This document shows, one piece after another, positions 45,101 through 55,258 of a stretch of 64,000 nt of DNA. The notes beneath the pieces are model-generated. The model saw nothing but the letters and a program-made list of their open reading frames with translations, had not been told where the DNA came from and did not search any database. Position numbers and translations under genes: made by a program. The stretch's first letter is position 1, and every line of letters starts with the position of its first letter. The stretch covers positions 26,801 through 90,800 of the forward strand of contig DAOORA010000005.1 of NCBI GenBank assembly GCA_035389045.1. Reading direction: 5' to 3'. The stretch is from Bacteroidales bacterium. GTDB lineage: Bacteria; Bacteroidota; Bacteroidia; Bacteroidales; CAIWKO01.

Positions 45101-48100
45101 ATGTTACAAAAATTTCTTTCTGCTGTTTTTTGTGTTATTCTGCTGATGGCCGCCACAGCCGCTGATGCACAGAAAACCACTAACTACCGGAAGCCCATGG
45201 CTGAATACCGGGATGCCATAGAGCTGTTTAACAAAGAAAAATACGGAGCAGCCCAGGAAAAGTTCAGCCAGTTGCTTGAGACCACCAATTATCCGGTGGA
45301 GAAGCGCTCCAATGCGGCCTATTATCATGCGTTATGTGCGCTTCGCCTGTTCAATGCCGATGCAGAAAATCTGATTATGGCATTTATTAAAGACCACCCT
45401 GAAAACCCTAAGGTAAACCATGGCTATTATGAACTGGCAGATTATTATTTCAAAAACAAAAAATACGACAATGCCTTACTGGCCTTTGATAAAACAGATG
45501 TTGCCCAACTCAATGATGAAGAACTGTCGGATTATCATTTCAAAAAAGGATACAGTTACTTTATGGAACAGGATTTTGCCAACGCCAAAAAATCCTTTTA
45601 CGAGATCATCAATAAAGAATCAAAATATTATGCTCCGGCCAATTATTATTATGCCCATATAGCCTATACCGAAAAAAACTATGAAACAGCGCTGAAAGCA
45701 TTTAAGAAATTGCTGAACGATGAAAACTACAGCAAGATAGCCCCGTATTACATGGTTCAGATTTATTACTACCAGCAGAAGTACGACGAGATCATAGCTA
45801 TAGCCCCCGCCCTGCTCGATTCGGCGGGCAGCAGTAAAAGAACACCCGAAATTGCCCGTATCACCGCTGAAGCCTTTTACCATACCGAACGATACGAAAA
45901 TGCGGTCCCATACATCGAAATGTTTCTTCAGAAAAATACAGCACCGCTTTCCCGCCAGGATTATTACATGATCGCCTATACCTATTTCAAAACCAATGAC
46001 TATGCGAAAGCCATTGAGAACTTCAAAAAAATAAGCACCGCAGAAAATGACTCTCTGGCACAACTGGCCTATTATCATATGGCACAATGTTATATGAATA
46101 CTGAACAAAAACAGTTTGCCATGAACATGTTTGCTTCGGCTTATAAGATGGATATGGACAAGGAAGTTCAGGAAAATGCCATGTTCAGTTATGCCAAGCT
46201 GGCCTATGAAACCTCTTACAATCCTTATAACGAGGCTGTGAATGTGTTCAATGAATACATTCAGAAGTATCCCGAATCGGATAATCTGGATGAAGCCTAC
46301 GAATACCTGTCGAACCTGTATCTTAACACCAAAAATTACAAAGATGCCTTGACCTCGCTTGAAAAAATAAAAAAGCGCGACAGCAGGCTCAACAGGGCCT
46401 ATCAGAAAATCGCCTACCTGCGTGGCGCCGAACTCTTCAATAACGGTGAAATGAATGAAGCCATCGGGCTTTTTGCCCGGTCAAACCAGTATCCGCTGAA
46501 TTCTGCTATTGAGATACAGTCGTACTATTGGACTGCCGAGGCCTATTACCGTCTGGAAAAATTCGATTCGGCCATAGTGAATTATCAGCTCTTGCAGGCT
46601 ACCTCCGGCGCTTTCGGCACCGAATCGTACCAGAATTCGTATTACGGACTTGGCTATTCCTATTTCAAAAAGGGCAACTATTCTTCTGCCCTTTCCAATT
46701 TCAGGAATTTCATTGCTGAAGCAAAAAAGGCGGAACCCCGGATCATAAATGATGCATACAACCGTGCCGGCGATTGCTATTTTATGAATAAAGATTTTGC
46801 CAATGCCATGGAATATTATGAAAAAAGCATTCAGATGAAACTCATCGATGCCGACTACGCCATCTATCAGAAAGCTCTGGCACAGGGCGCTTCGGCAAAG
46901 CTCGAGACTAAAGCAGCTTCGTTGCTGTACCTCATCGATAATTATCCAAAGTCGAATTACCGGGTATCGGCAATTTTTGAGACTGCCAACACCTATCAGA
47001 ACCTGAACAATAGCGCAAAAGCCATTGATTATTACGATATGCTCATCCGGGAATACCCGAATTCGGGATATATAAGCCAGGCCTTATTGAAAAAAGGGAT
47101 GATCTATTATAACGAAGGAAAAGACGAACAGTCGTTACAGGTACTGAAAAAAGTTGTAAGTGATTTTCCGGGCACTCCAGAATCAAAAGAAGCCTTGGTC
47201 AGCATACGGAATATCTATGTTGATATGGATCGCGTAGAAGATTTCTTTGTATATGTTAAAGAACTCCCGTTTGCCAATGTTTCCGATGCCGAACAGGATT
47301 CCATCACTTATATTGCTTTGGAAAACAGGTATATGCGCAACGACTGCGAAAACTCGATCACCGGATTTAAAGACTATATCGCGAAATTTCCAAATGGCGC
47401 CTACCAGATTGATGCCCATTTTTACCTTGCCGAATGTCAGTACAGGGCAAAACTATATGAGGATGCCCTTCCCAACTATGATTTCGTGATCGGTAAACCC
47501 AGGACCAAGTTTACGGAAAAATCCCTGCTCAACGCAGCTGTGATCAACTATGGAAAAAAGAATTACGAGGCAGCGCTTAATAATTACAATGACCTTGAGA
47601 AATATGCCGAATATAAGGAAAACATCCTGACTGCCCGGTCGGGACAGATGCGTTGTAATTACCTGCTCGCGCTTTATAGTTCAGCCATCAGCGCTTCTCA
47701 AAAACTGTTGACAGCCGAAAAGTTACCCGAAGAACTCCTCACCGAAGCACATCTGACGATAGCGAAATCAGCCCTGAAACTCAAGGATACGACGCTTGCT
47801 CTGAAAGAATTTGACATCGTCACCAAACTGTCAAAAAGCGAATCCTGTGCCGAAGCGAAATATGCTGTTGCCGAGATCTATTATCACCAAAATAGTACAG
47901 CGGAATCGGAAAAAATGGCTTTCGACCTGATCAATCAGATTCCCTCTTATGACTATTGGGTGGCTAAAGCTTTCATACTGCTGGCCGACAACTATGTAAA
48001 AACCGGCAACCGCCATCAGGCCAAATATACCCTGAAAAGCATCATCGAGAATTACGAAGGCGCCGATCTGGTGAAGATAGCCCAGGACAAACTCAACGCC

Positions 48101-48196
48101 ATACTTGAAGCCGAAAAACTTGAAGAACAACAAAAAGCTGAAGAACTTCAAAAACTTCAGAATGAACCCGGCCCGATGCTCGAAGAAATTAAATAA
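45101..48196 (+). CDS. Large tetratricopeptide-repeat (TPR) protein, secreted
   Basis: 1031 aa with signal peptide 'AVFCVILLMAATAADAQ'. It has dozens of TPR-like 34-aa units (recurrent 'A.Y..A.CY...', 'Y..A...F') and a C-terminal YbgF-like end. Confidence 0.8.
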   Translation: MLQKFLSAVFCVILLMAATAADAQKTTNYRKPMAEYRDAIELFNKEKYGAAQEKFSQLLETTNYPVEKRSNAAYYHALCALRLFNADAENLIMAFIKDHPENPKVNHGYYELADYYFKNKKYDNALLAFDKTDVAQLNDEELSDYHFKKGYSYFMEQDFANAKKSFYEIINKESKYYAPANYYYAHIAYTEKNYETALKAFKKLLNDENYSKIAPYYMVQIYYYQQKYDEIIAIAPALLDSAGSSKRTPEIARITAEAFYHTERYENAVPYIEMFLQKNTAPLSRQDYYMIAYTYFKTNDYAKAIENFKKISTAENDSLAQLAYYHMAQCYMNTEQKQFAMNMFASAYKMDMDKEVQENAMFSYAKLAYETSYNPYNEAVNVFNEYIQKYPESDNLDEAYEYLSNLYLNTKNYKDALTSLEKIKKRDSRLNRAYQKIAYLRGAELFNNGEMNEAIGLFARSNQYPLNSAIEIQSYYWTAEAYYRLEKFDSAIVNYQLLQATSGAFGTESYQNSYYGLGYSYFKKGNYSSALSNFRNFIAEAKKAEPRIINDAYNRAGDCYFMNKDFANAMEYYEKSIQMKLIDADYAIYQKALAQGASAKLETKAASLLYLIDNYPKSNYRVSAIFETANTYQNLNNSAKAIDYYDMLIREYPNSGYISQALLKKGMIYYNEGKDEQSLQVLKKVVSDFPGTPESKEALVSIRNIYVDMDRVEDFFVYVKELPFANVSDAEQDSITYIALENRYMRNDCENSITGFKDYIAKFPNGAYQIDAHFYLAECQYRAKLYEDALPNYDFVIGKPRTKFTEKSLLNAAVINYGKKNYEAALNNYNDLEKYAEYKENILTARSGQMRCNYLLALYSSAISASQKLLTAEKLPEELLTEAHLTIAKSALKLKDTTLALKEFDIVTKLSKSESCAEAKYAVAEIYYHQNSTAESEKMAFDLINQIPSYDYWVAKAFILLADNYVKTGNRHQAKYTLKSIIENYEGADLVKIAQDKLNAILEAEKLEEQQKAEELQKLQNEPGPMLEEIK

Positions 48197-48205
48197 TGAA
48201 CTTTC

Positions 48206-49915
48206 ATGAAAATCAACAATAACATCAAAACCACGGTCATGAAAATAATAAAATATTGCCTCGTTTTATGTTTAATAATGGCATACACGGCATCCGTTAA
48301 GGCGCAGAAACCCTACGATGAAAGAGTTACGGTGGTAGCCCCCTACCAGCCCACCATCTCTGACGCCAACAAACTTAACACCCAGCCTTCCTATACCGAC
48401 ACCACCTATATCAGGCCTCAAATGAGTTACCCGATGATCACACGCAGGTATAAAACCCAATATGCTGCAGACCCTATCAAACCCGCCCGTGTCGGCGACG
48501 TTAACCTGTCGAAATTATACAAATGCCTTGTCAAAGCCGGCTTTGGAAACTACACCTCACCTTACGGTGAGTTTTTCATAAACAACAACTATTCCCGTTC
48601 CTTTTCTGTCGGAGGCCACCTCAAACATCATTCCTACCTGGGTAAGTTCAAAAAATGGGCTTATCCCGGTAATAGTGAGAACCTGGTTGATTTTTACGGT
48701 AAAAAATTCTTTAAGAAAACCGAGATCGGCGGTGGTTTGGGATATAAACGCAACGTTTACCATTTTTACGGGTTCCAGGAAGAAACACTGGCTGATTCTA
48801 TCCGCCCCTTAGAACGGGACCTGTACAAGCAGCGGTTTAACCTGTTCCATGCCGATGTTTATTTCAGAAGTATCCATCACCCCGATTCAACAAAGTTAAA
48901 CTATACTGCAGCTGCAAAATATTATTATCTCAGCGACCGCTATAAAACAACTGAGAATGTCATCGATTTTACCGGTGACATCAACAAAGACCTCCATCTG
49001 TTTAAAATCACCAGTTCACAGGTGCTGGGACTGCATGCGCAGATAAAATACACCTTTGACCAGGATTCTTCACGGCAGTACAATGCAGGCCTTATCACCG
49101 TGAAACCATACCTGAAAACGACTTTTAAAGGTTTTAATTTCAACCTCGGTATCGATGTTTCTGTTGCTGCCGACAGCATTGCCAGCATGCATTTTTACCC
49201 GTTTGCTGATGTGCAGTTCAATATTGTAAAGAATATCTTAATTGTTTTTGCCGGCGTCAAGGGCAGCCTTGTACAAAATACATTTTACAGTTTTACCAAC
49301 GAGAATCCCTATATCAATTCCGTGATACCATTGTCGTATACCAGCACACCCTTTGACATTTTCGGAGGGATAAAAAGCAATATCAGCAAAACACTGAATT
49401 TCTCAGCAGCAGTCTCATATTCGCGTATTCAAAATATACCGCTTTATGTCACGGATACCACCCTCGCCTTAAAAAACAAATTCGTCATCATTTACGACAG
49501 TAGCTATTTATTGAATGTAAGAGGCGAACTGGCCTATCAGAAGGATGAAAAGTTCAAGCTGCTTGTCGGAGGAAACTTCTATAATTACAAGATGGATCAT
49601 GAGTTTAAAGCCTGGCAGAAACCTATCTTTGACGCCTATATTGACTTCTGGTATAATATCCGTGACAAGTTTATCATTTCTGCTGGCATCACCGGCCGTT
49701 CTAACATGTATGCGAAGACCTTCGTCGGGCCCAACCCGGTAAAAAAGAGCATTAAGGGTTATGCCGATTTCAGTCTTGGCTTTGAATACCGTTATTCCAA
49801 AATTCTGTCGGCATGGATACATATCAACAACCTCACTACCATCAAATATTACCAGTGGTATAACTACCCTTCATACGGGTTTAATATGATGGCAGGCGTC
49901 AGTTATGCTTTTTAA
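48206..49915 (+). CDS. Putative outer-membrane beta-barrel porin
   Basis: 569 aa. An alternative ATG at 48239 gives 'MKIIKYCLVLCLIMAYTASVKAQ'. It has alternating beta-strand periodicity and a terminal 'GVSYAF'. It starts 10 nt downstream of the TPR gene, so co-transcription is likely. Confidence 0.7.
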   Translation: MKINNNIKTTVMKIIKYCLVLCLIMAYTASVKAQKPYDERVTVVAPYQPTISDANKLNTQPSYTDTTYIRPQMSYPMITRRYKTQYAADPIKPARVGDVNLSKLYKCLVKAGFGNYTSPYGEFFINNNYSRSFSVGGHLKHHSYLGKFKKWAYPGNSENLVDFYGKKFFKKTEIGGGLGYKRNVYHFYGFQEETLADSIRPLERDLYKQRFNLFHADVYFRSIHHPDSTKLNYTAAAKYYYLSDRYKTTENVIDFTGDINKDLHLFKITSSQVLGLHAQIKYTFDQDSSRQYNAGLITVKPYLKTTFKGFNFNLGIDVSVAADSIASMHFYPFADVQFNIVKNILIVFAGVKGSLVQNTFYSFTNENPYINSVIPLSYTSTPFDIFGGIKSNISKTLNFSAAVSYSRIQNIPLYVTDTTLALKNKFVIIYDSSYLLNVRGELAYQKDEKFKLLVGGNFYNYKMDHEFKAWQKPIFDAYIDFWYNIRDKFIISAGITGRSNMYAKTFVGPNPVKKSIKGYADFSLGFEYRYSKILSAWIHINNLTTIKYYQWYNYPSYGFNMMAGVSYAF

Positions 49916-50050
49916 CCCTGTATTTTGATCCTCAGGTTCGGACATGGAAAAAAATTGTCTTTTTCATGTACAGAGCTGTAATCAGCATAGCGTTAATACA
50001 CGCCGGACGAAGGTGGTATATGCCGGAATACATGAAATATCGGCTATTCC

Positions 50051-50338
50051 TTTTTTGAGGTGCTGGTTTATAAAAACCGAATTGTTTCGCAATTGAAAGA
50101 TCCAACAAATAATTAATTATTCTGACTTATATTTCAAACTATATTGATATGTCATCCATAATAAGTCCAAAATTGCATTTGCACTTTTAACCCCAATAGA
50201 GATTCCTCGCCGTCCTGCCTGTACACTGTCCATTCCCCTCACTCTGCTTAACATAAATCATTATTTTTCCGAATGTAGTACCGATAGCTATCGGTACAAA
50301 ATAAGGAATCCTATTTAATTTTGGCACCTCAAAAAAAG
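50051..50338. repeat. Second block with the same inverted termini (TTTTTTGAGGTGCTGG ... GGCACCTCAAAAAAAG)
   Basis: The termini are at 50051-50066 and 50323-50338. The interior contains a perfect 20-nt palindrome GTACCGATAGCTATCGGTAC (50278-50297). Confidence 0.85.
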
Positions 50339-50381
50339 ATTGAGAAATTGTTTTGATTTTTTCTTTTCATTAAAAAACGAT

Positions 50382-50389
50382 TAGTTTTG
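50382..50389 (+). promoter_or_regulatory. Candidate -7 box TAGTTTTG upstream of the 50412 gene
   Basis: This is an exact TAnnTTTG match ending 23 nt before the ATG. Confidence 0.4.
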
Positions 50390-50411
50390 CGTATCCTTAA
50401 TATCATGACCT

Positions 50412-51614
50412 ATGAAAAAGGTATTTTCTATTATACTGGCGCTGATGATCTTCACCGTCATTCAAGCACAGAATCAGGATACTCTGCGACGCTCGGCAGG
50501 TTTTTATTTAGCTCCCGCTCATACCGGTATCAGCAATAATAATGATTCGATTAACCCGAAACCATCCTTTGGATTGAACTTAGGATACCGTTTTGTATGC
50601 AAATTAAAATACGGATTTTTTCTCGAAGGCGGCGCCGGCATTTCATGGCTGGGAGCCCAATATCCTGACCGGCAGGTAACAATAAATGCCTGGGGCAGAG
50701 ACTGGACTTACAGTAAAGAAGTGAAAGCCAACCAGCTTTATGTTTGTGCACCCTTCCTGGCCGGATATAGAACCACCAAAGGCAAGGTCAGGTTCCAGGC
50801 TGCTGCAGGTATATCTCTGAATATCAAATACAGCGATTTTCGGCGAGTGAAAGTCACGGGCGAAGATCCTTATGGCATACCGGGTACCAGCACCTCCGGG
50901 GAAGAAATCACCTTTGGTACCAGTTTCAGCGGAATAGTTAAGGCAGGTATCAGTATTCCATTAAAAAACCGCCTGTATATAGATATTTTACCGGCGCTGC
51001 GGTATAATTTTCTGTCCACCATGCCGGGACACTTGGATTTCAGTCAGGCAGTGACCAGTGATTTTCAGAACTGGTCGGCAGGCATTGACCTGAGCCTGAT
51101 GTGGGCACTCGACAACAACCCACCTCAGACGTTAGACGAATTTTCCAGAAAGAAAGAAGCCGAAACGGATTATACCTACCAGTACAATCCTGACGAACAT
51201 GAAAAACCTGCCAAAGAAGAAAAAGTAAAAAAAGGCCCTTACAACTTTATTTATTTCGAAGCGCCAGGCAGCGGGCTTACCTATTCTTTTAACTATGAGC
51301 GCACCCTGATACGGAAAGATATTTTCAGTCTGCAGGCCCGCGGAGGTTATGGTGTTGTCGGCAATGCTTATAGTTTCCCGCTGGGCTTCAATGTTACCTT
51401 CGGACATGCCACACAAAAATTCGAAGCCGGACTATGTTCCACATTTGAAAGCGTTTTGTTCGAGGAATTCAATGTGAATATTGTGCCGGAACTGGCATAC
51501 CGTCTTGAAACAAAGAATAATTTCTTCCTCAGGCTCGCCGTAGTGTCGCATTATGTTACTAAAACCGGAGAGATATTGCCGGGCTTTGGGGTGTCCGTAG
51601 GAGGATGTTTTTGA
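50412..51614 (+). CDS. Hypothetical outer-membrane beta-barrel protein
   Basis: 400 aa with signal peptide 'MKKVFSIILALMIFTVIQAQ' and two beta-rich halves separated by a charged linker 'EFSRKKEAETDYTYQYNPDEHEKPAKEEKVKK'. Confidence 0.6.
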   Translation: MKKVFSIILALMIFTVIQAQNQDTLRRSAGFYLAPAHTGISNNNDSINPKPSFGLNLGYRFVCKLKYGFFLEGGAGISWLGAQYPDRQVTINAWGRDWTYSKEVKANQLYVCAPFLAGYRTTKGKVRFQAAAGISLNIKYSDFRRVKVTGEDPYGIPGTSTSGEEITFGTSFSGIVKAGISIPLKNRLYIDILPALRYNFLSTMPGHLDFSQAVTSDFQNWSAGIDLSLMWALDNNPPQTLDEFSRKKEAETDYTYQYNPDEHEKPAKEEKVKKGPYNFIYFEAPGSGLTYSFNYERTLIRKDIFSLQARGGYGVVGNAYSFPLGFNVTFGHATQKFEAGLCSTFESVLFEEFNVNIVPELAYRLETKNNFFLRLAVVSHYVTKTGEILPGFGVSVGGCF

Positions 51615-51660
51615 CAGTAATCAGTTATCAGTAATCAGTTATCAGTTATCAGTGAGCAGT
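51615..51660 (+). repeat. Heptanucleotide microsatellite (CAGTWAT)n, ~6.5 units
   Basis: The sequence is CAGTAAT CAGTTAT CAGTAAT CAGTTAT CAGTTAT CAGTGAG CAGT, directly after the stop of the 50412-51614 gene. Confidence 0.95.
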
Positions 51661-51667
51661 TCCGGTC

Positions 51668-52432
51668 ATGCTGAAAAACACAATCGAAACATTTAAAATT
51701 ATGAATGGATCAGAACTAAATACTGAAAGTGAAAATTGCATGAAACTTTATAGGGTTGGAAGTATTGCAGCATTTTTGATTGCAATATTAATGTTTGGAG
51801 AAATACTTGTTTATGCACTTATTCCAAATAGTGACGATCCGCTTGAAATTTTTAAACTTTTTAATAATAGCAATTTGTCAGGACTCTTATTCTTTGATTT
51901 GTTAGGAATGATTTCTTATATACTATTCATTCCTTTCATATTATCATTATACATGATATTAAAAAAATCAGACCGGGCTATATTACTTCCAGGGACAATC
52001 CTTTTTTTTATAGGTATTGCTATTTTTTTTGCGAACAATACCGGGTTTTCAGTTCTAAGACTGAGCAACCAATATGATCTTGCGACAACTAATGAAGAAA
52101 AAGCAATGTGTATAGCAGCATGTAAGACAATGATTACTTTGTTTGATGTGAATGCCTTTTTAGTTAGTTACGTATTAGTATCAGTTGCATGGACAATGAT
52201 ATCCTATGTAATGTTAAACAGTAAAATTTTTATAAGAAAAGCTGCGTATGCCGGATTATTTGCTGGTTTATCAGGAGTTATTGCTGAAATTATTGAAAAT
52301 ACGCTTAATCAATTCCTTGTGATAGCGATAAGTTTTTACTTTTTGGCTATCGTTTTTTTAATTATTTGGGTAACTTTATCAGGAAGACAACTCTATCAAA
52401 TGGGTTTTAAATATAAAAATGGAATCAATTGA
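51668..52432 (+). CDS. Hypothetical polytopic membrane protein (DUF4386-like?), AT-rich gene
   Basis: 254 aa (alternative starts at M12 and M25) with about 6 hydrophobic helices. Its composition is visibly more AT-rich than the flanking genes. Confidence 0.55.
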   Translation: MLKNTIETFKIMNGSELNTESENCMKLYRVGSIAAFLIAILMFGEILVYALIPNSDDPLEIFKLFNNSNLSGLLFFDLLGMISYILFIPFILSLYMILKKSDRAILLPGTILFFIGIAIFFANNTGFSVLRLSNQYDLATTNEEKAMCIAACKTMITLFDVNAFLVSYVLVSVAWTMISYVMLNSKIFIRKAAYAGLFAGLSGVIAEIIENTLNQFLVIAISFYFLAIVFLIIWVTLSGRQLYQMGFKYKNGIN

Positions 52433-52589
52433 CAGAAAAATATATGATAACATAAAAGGCATGAACCTCGAACAGAGGGTATAAAACTTAACGGTCACAG
52501 GGGTTTGCGAGCTTTCCTGCACGCAATAAATATTATAACGGCGGATAGTGACTCCGTTCCGAAATCCGCTACATTTCATATCAGCGGCT

Positions 52590-52637
52590 GTTATCAGCCA
52601 TCAGTCATTAGTTACCATCTACCACCTACCCTCTACC
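52590..52637 (+). repeat. Degenerating period-7 repeat GTTATCA GCCATCA GTCATTA GTTACCA TCTACCA CCTACCC TCTACC
   Basis: The period-7 register is read directly. The first unit is identical to the 51.6-kb heptad in the GTTATCA phase. The last units overlap the stop of the FKBP gene. Confidence 0.85.
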
Positions 52638-53190
52638 TTTTTATTTCAACTAATTCCACATCATAGATCAGCGTGGCTCGTTTTGGAATTTTTTTCTCAT
52701 CGCCCATGAACCCAAAGGCCAGGTGCGAAGGGATGATCAGTTTGGCTTTGTCGCCGGTATGCATGAGTTTTATGCCCTCTTCAAGGCCGCTCTCTACCTG
52801 TGCTTTGCCTAATTCAAACAATTTCATCCCGTCGTTTTTAGAGTTGTAACATTCCACACCATTGATGAGCGATACAACAAAGCTGATGACCACCTTGTCG
52901 TTATCTTCGGGCATTGCCCCTGCTCCCTTTTTATAGATTTGGTATCTGAGGCCGGTACCGGTCTTGCTCATGGTCCATTCGTGCCTTTGTGTATAATCTT
53001 CAATATCACGGTCTTCTTTGGCTGAAAGTGTCTTGTTCGCCTTTACAAGGCCTGATTTCAGGGAATCTTCATTGAGTATGACTTTTTTTTGCTGTTCCTG
53101 CCCGCAACCAAAAGTGAATACAAGCAACATCAACACATATACAGGCAGGAATAATTTCCGTGGATTATTTTTGTGCAAGATCATTTTCAT
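52633..53190 (-). CDS. FKBP-type peptidyl-prolyl cis-trans isomerase lipoprotein
   Basis: 185 aa with lipobox 'LLVFTFGC'. The FKBP core is 'GTGLRYQIYKKGAG..P...DKVVISFVVSLINGVECYNS....LFELGKAQVESGLEEGIKLMHTGDKAKLIIPSHLAFG'. Confidence 0.85.
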   Translation of the reverse strand: MKMILHKNNPRKLFLPVYVLMLLVFTFGCGQEQQKKVILNEDSLKSGLVKANKTLSAKEDRDIEDYTQRHEWTMSKTGTGLRYQIYKKGAGAMPEDNDKVVISFVVSLINGVECYNSKNDGMKLFELGKAQVESGLEEGIKLMHTGDKAKLIIPSHLAFGFMGDEKKIPKRATLIYDVELVEIKR

Positions 53191-54178
53191 ACAATGCTAA
53201 TATAGAAATAAATTCTTCGACACTTTCGTTCAGGGGTTTCCTGATGTCGGCACCTGAAGCATTTTTATGCCCGGCGCCGGTAAAGTGTTTCCGGGCAAAC
53301 TGATCAACATCAATGGCGCCGGCAGCTCGCAAGGAAAGCTTTACATAACCGTTTTTTTCGGTGAACAGGGCTGCCAGTTTTATATTTTTCATGGTAAGCC
53401 CGTAATTGACTATCCCCTCACTGTCGCCTATCTTAAAATGAAAACGTTTCATTTCCTCATTAGTAATAACTATATAAGCCGTCGAATATTTTTCAATAAC
53501 GGTAAGTTTTTCACTCAGGCAATATCCCAGAAGCCGCAAACGGCTCTCCGAAAAATTACAGAACACCAGCCGTTGTAATTCGGCGGCATCAATACCTTTT
53601 TCAAAAAGTTTGGACGTGATGGTATACGTCTGGGGATAATTGCAGCTATGGCTGAATGAACCCGTGTCTGTAATTATGCCTACATAGATGGCGACTGCCA
53701 TATTATAATCAATCAGCGACTCATCGCCCATAGCTTCGATAAACTCATAAACCAGCTCTGCCGTGGACGATGTTTCTACCCTGGAATAGGCTATGTCAAA
53801 AAAGTTGGAAGGATTTAAATGATGATCTATCAATACTTTGATGGCTTTTGCTTGTCTCAGATCATGTGTAAGTGCCCCAACTCTTTCAGGTACATTGAAG
53901 TCGAGGCAAATGATCATATCTGCATTTGCAATGAGATCGGCACATGCCTGTTTTTCTTTGTTTGCAATTTTTATAGAGTCAGCGCCGGGCATCCATTTAT
54001 AAAAATCAGGGAAGTTGTTGGGCACCATAGCTGTAACATTATATTTGTTTTTCAGATAATACCACATAGCCAGTATAGAACCCACCGCATCACCGTCGGG
54101 ATTATGATGGGTGAGCACAACAATATTTTCCGAGGTCTTTAAATGGCGCTGTAACTCTTTGATGAACGAACTTTCCAC
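53165..54178 (-). CDS. nrnA: DHH-family phosphoesterase (NrnA-type oligoribonuclease / pAp phosphatase)
   Basis: 337 aa with a GTG start (54176-54178). Motifs are 'THHNPDGDAVGS', 'DMIICLD', 'LIDHH' (DHH) and the DHHA1 'GAGHKNASG'. Confidence 0.8.
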   Translation of the reverse strand: MESSFIKELQRHLKTSENIVVLTHHNPDGDAVGSILAMWYYLKNKYNVTAMVPNNFPDFYKWMPGADSIKIANKEKQACADLIANADMIICLDFNVPERVGALTHDLRQAKAIKVLIDHHLNPSNFFDIAYSRVETSSTAELVYEFIEAMGDESLIDYNMAVAIYVGIITDTGSFSHSCNYPQTYTITSKLFEKGIDAAELQRLVFCNFSESRLRLLGYCLSEKLTVIEKYSTAYIVITNEEMKRFHFKIGDSEGIVNYGLTMKNIKLAALFTEKNGYVKLSLRAAGAIDVDQFARKHFTGAGHKNASGADIRKPLNESVEEFISILALYENDLAQK

Positions 54179-54260
54179 GATATTTTTTTTACAAATTTAT
54201 TATTTTTAGTTTGAACTATTGATTTTTATTATATTTACACATCATTTAAAACAGCAGCTT

Positions 54261-54692
54261 ATGCCACACAATGTCACGTTAACCATAATCAAACCTGATA
54301 CGTTCAGCAAGAACGAGGCAGCACGCATTTTAGCCCGGATCACTGATGCCGGTTTCTTTGTCGTGGCCGCAAAAACGATGCAGATGACTGAAGATCAGTC
54401 AAAAAAATTTTATGCAGTTCATAAAGAACGGGCCTTTTATGAAAGCCTGGTGGCTTTTATGGCTTCAGGCCCCGTGATGGTGGCCATGTTACAAAAAGAT
54501 AATGCTGTTGAGGATTTTCGCAAACTGATCGGAAAAACCAATCCGGCAGAAGCTGCTGAAGGCACTATACGGCATGACTTCGGAAGCAGTATGCAGAAAA
54601 ACGCCGTGCATGGCTCCGACAGTGATGAAAATGCACAAAAGGAATGTAACTTCTTTTTTGCGGAAAGTGAAAGGTTTTATTGTTCTGGGTAA
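54261..54692 (+). CDS. ndk: Nucleoside-diphosphate kinase
   Basis: The ATG at 54261 gives 'MPHNVTLTIIKPD'. Other motifs are 'FYAVHKERAFYESLV', 'GPVMVAML', 'TIRHDFG' and the active-site 'NAVHGSDS'. Confidence 0.9.
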   Translation: MPHNVTLTIIKPDTFSKNEAARILARITDAGFFVVAAKTMQMTEDQSKKFYAVHKERAFYESLVAFMASGPVMVAMLQKDNAVEDFRKLIGKTNPAEAAEGTIRHDFGSSMQKNAVHGSDSDENAQKECNFFFAESERFYCSG

Positions 54693-55258
54693 TATTCTCT
54701 GAACGTACGGTTTTTATAAAATATTACAATTTTCTCTATTTCAAGAGTGGCATCAGTTTTTTTGGTTGATGGTTGTTCAGGCTTTTCCGGTACATTTTCA
54801 CTTTGTTCCTTTTTTACTGGTGGAATTTCCACTTCGGTTGGTTTAGATTTTTCAGGCTCAACCTCCTTTATTTCAGGAGGTTTTATTTCAGGTTGTACGA
54901 TTTCAGGGGCTTTTACAACTGTTTTTTCGAATTCCTGTACAGCTTTTTGTTCATTTATGGCCTGCATTTCGGGTTGAGTATCCATGACAGGAGTGGGTAT
55001 TTCCGTCGGAAGTTTTTCTGTTTGTTGTTCAAAGAGGTCGATCTGAATTGTTTTTAACATTGGACCCTCACCTTGTATTAACCATTCAGAGTTTATGTCC
55101 GGATACTTTTTCAGAATTTTTGTGATCAGGTCCAAACTGGGTAGATTTCTTCCACCCATGATATGCGACATGCTCGACCTTTGAATTCCTATTTCATCGG
55201 CAAATTTGGAGGGTGTAAGATTTTTTATCTTCAACACCAATAATATTCTGTCAACCAT
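54677..55258 (-). CDS. XRE-family helix-turn-helix protein with Pro/Glu-rich C-terminal tail
   Basis: 193 aa. 'LTPSKFADEIGIQRSSMSHIMGGRNLPSLDLITKILKKYPDINSEWLIQGEG' is an HTH_XRE-type domain, followed by low-complexity 'PEIVQPEIKPPEIKEVEPEKSKPTEVEIPP'. The 3' end overlaps ndk by 16 nt (convergent). Confidence 0.75.
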   Translation of the reverse strand: MVDRILLVLKIKNLTPSKFADEIGIQRSSMSHIMGGRNLPSLDLITKILKKYPDINSEWLIQGEGPMLKTIQIDLFEQQTEKLPTEIPTPVMDTQPEMQAINEQKAVQEFEKTVVKAPEIVQPEIKPPEIKEVEPEKSKPTEVEIPPVKKEQSENVPEKPEQPSTKKTDATLEIEKIVIFYKNRTFREYYPEQ

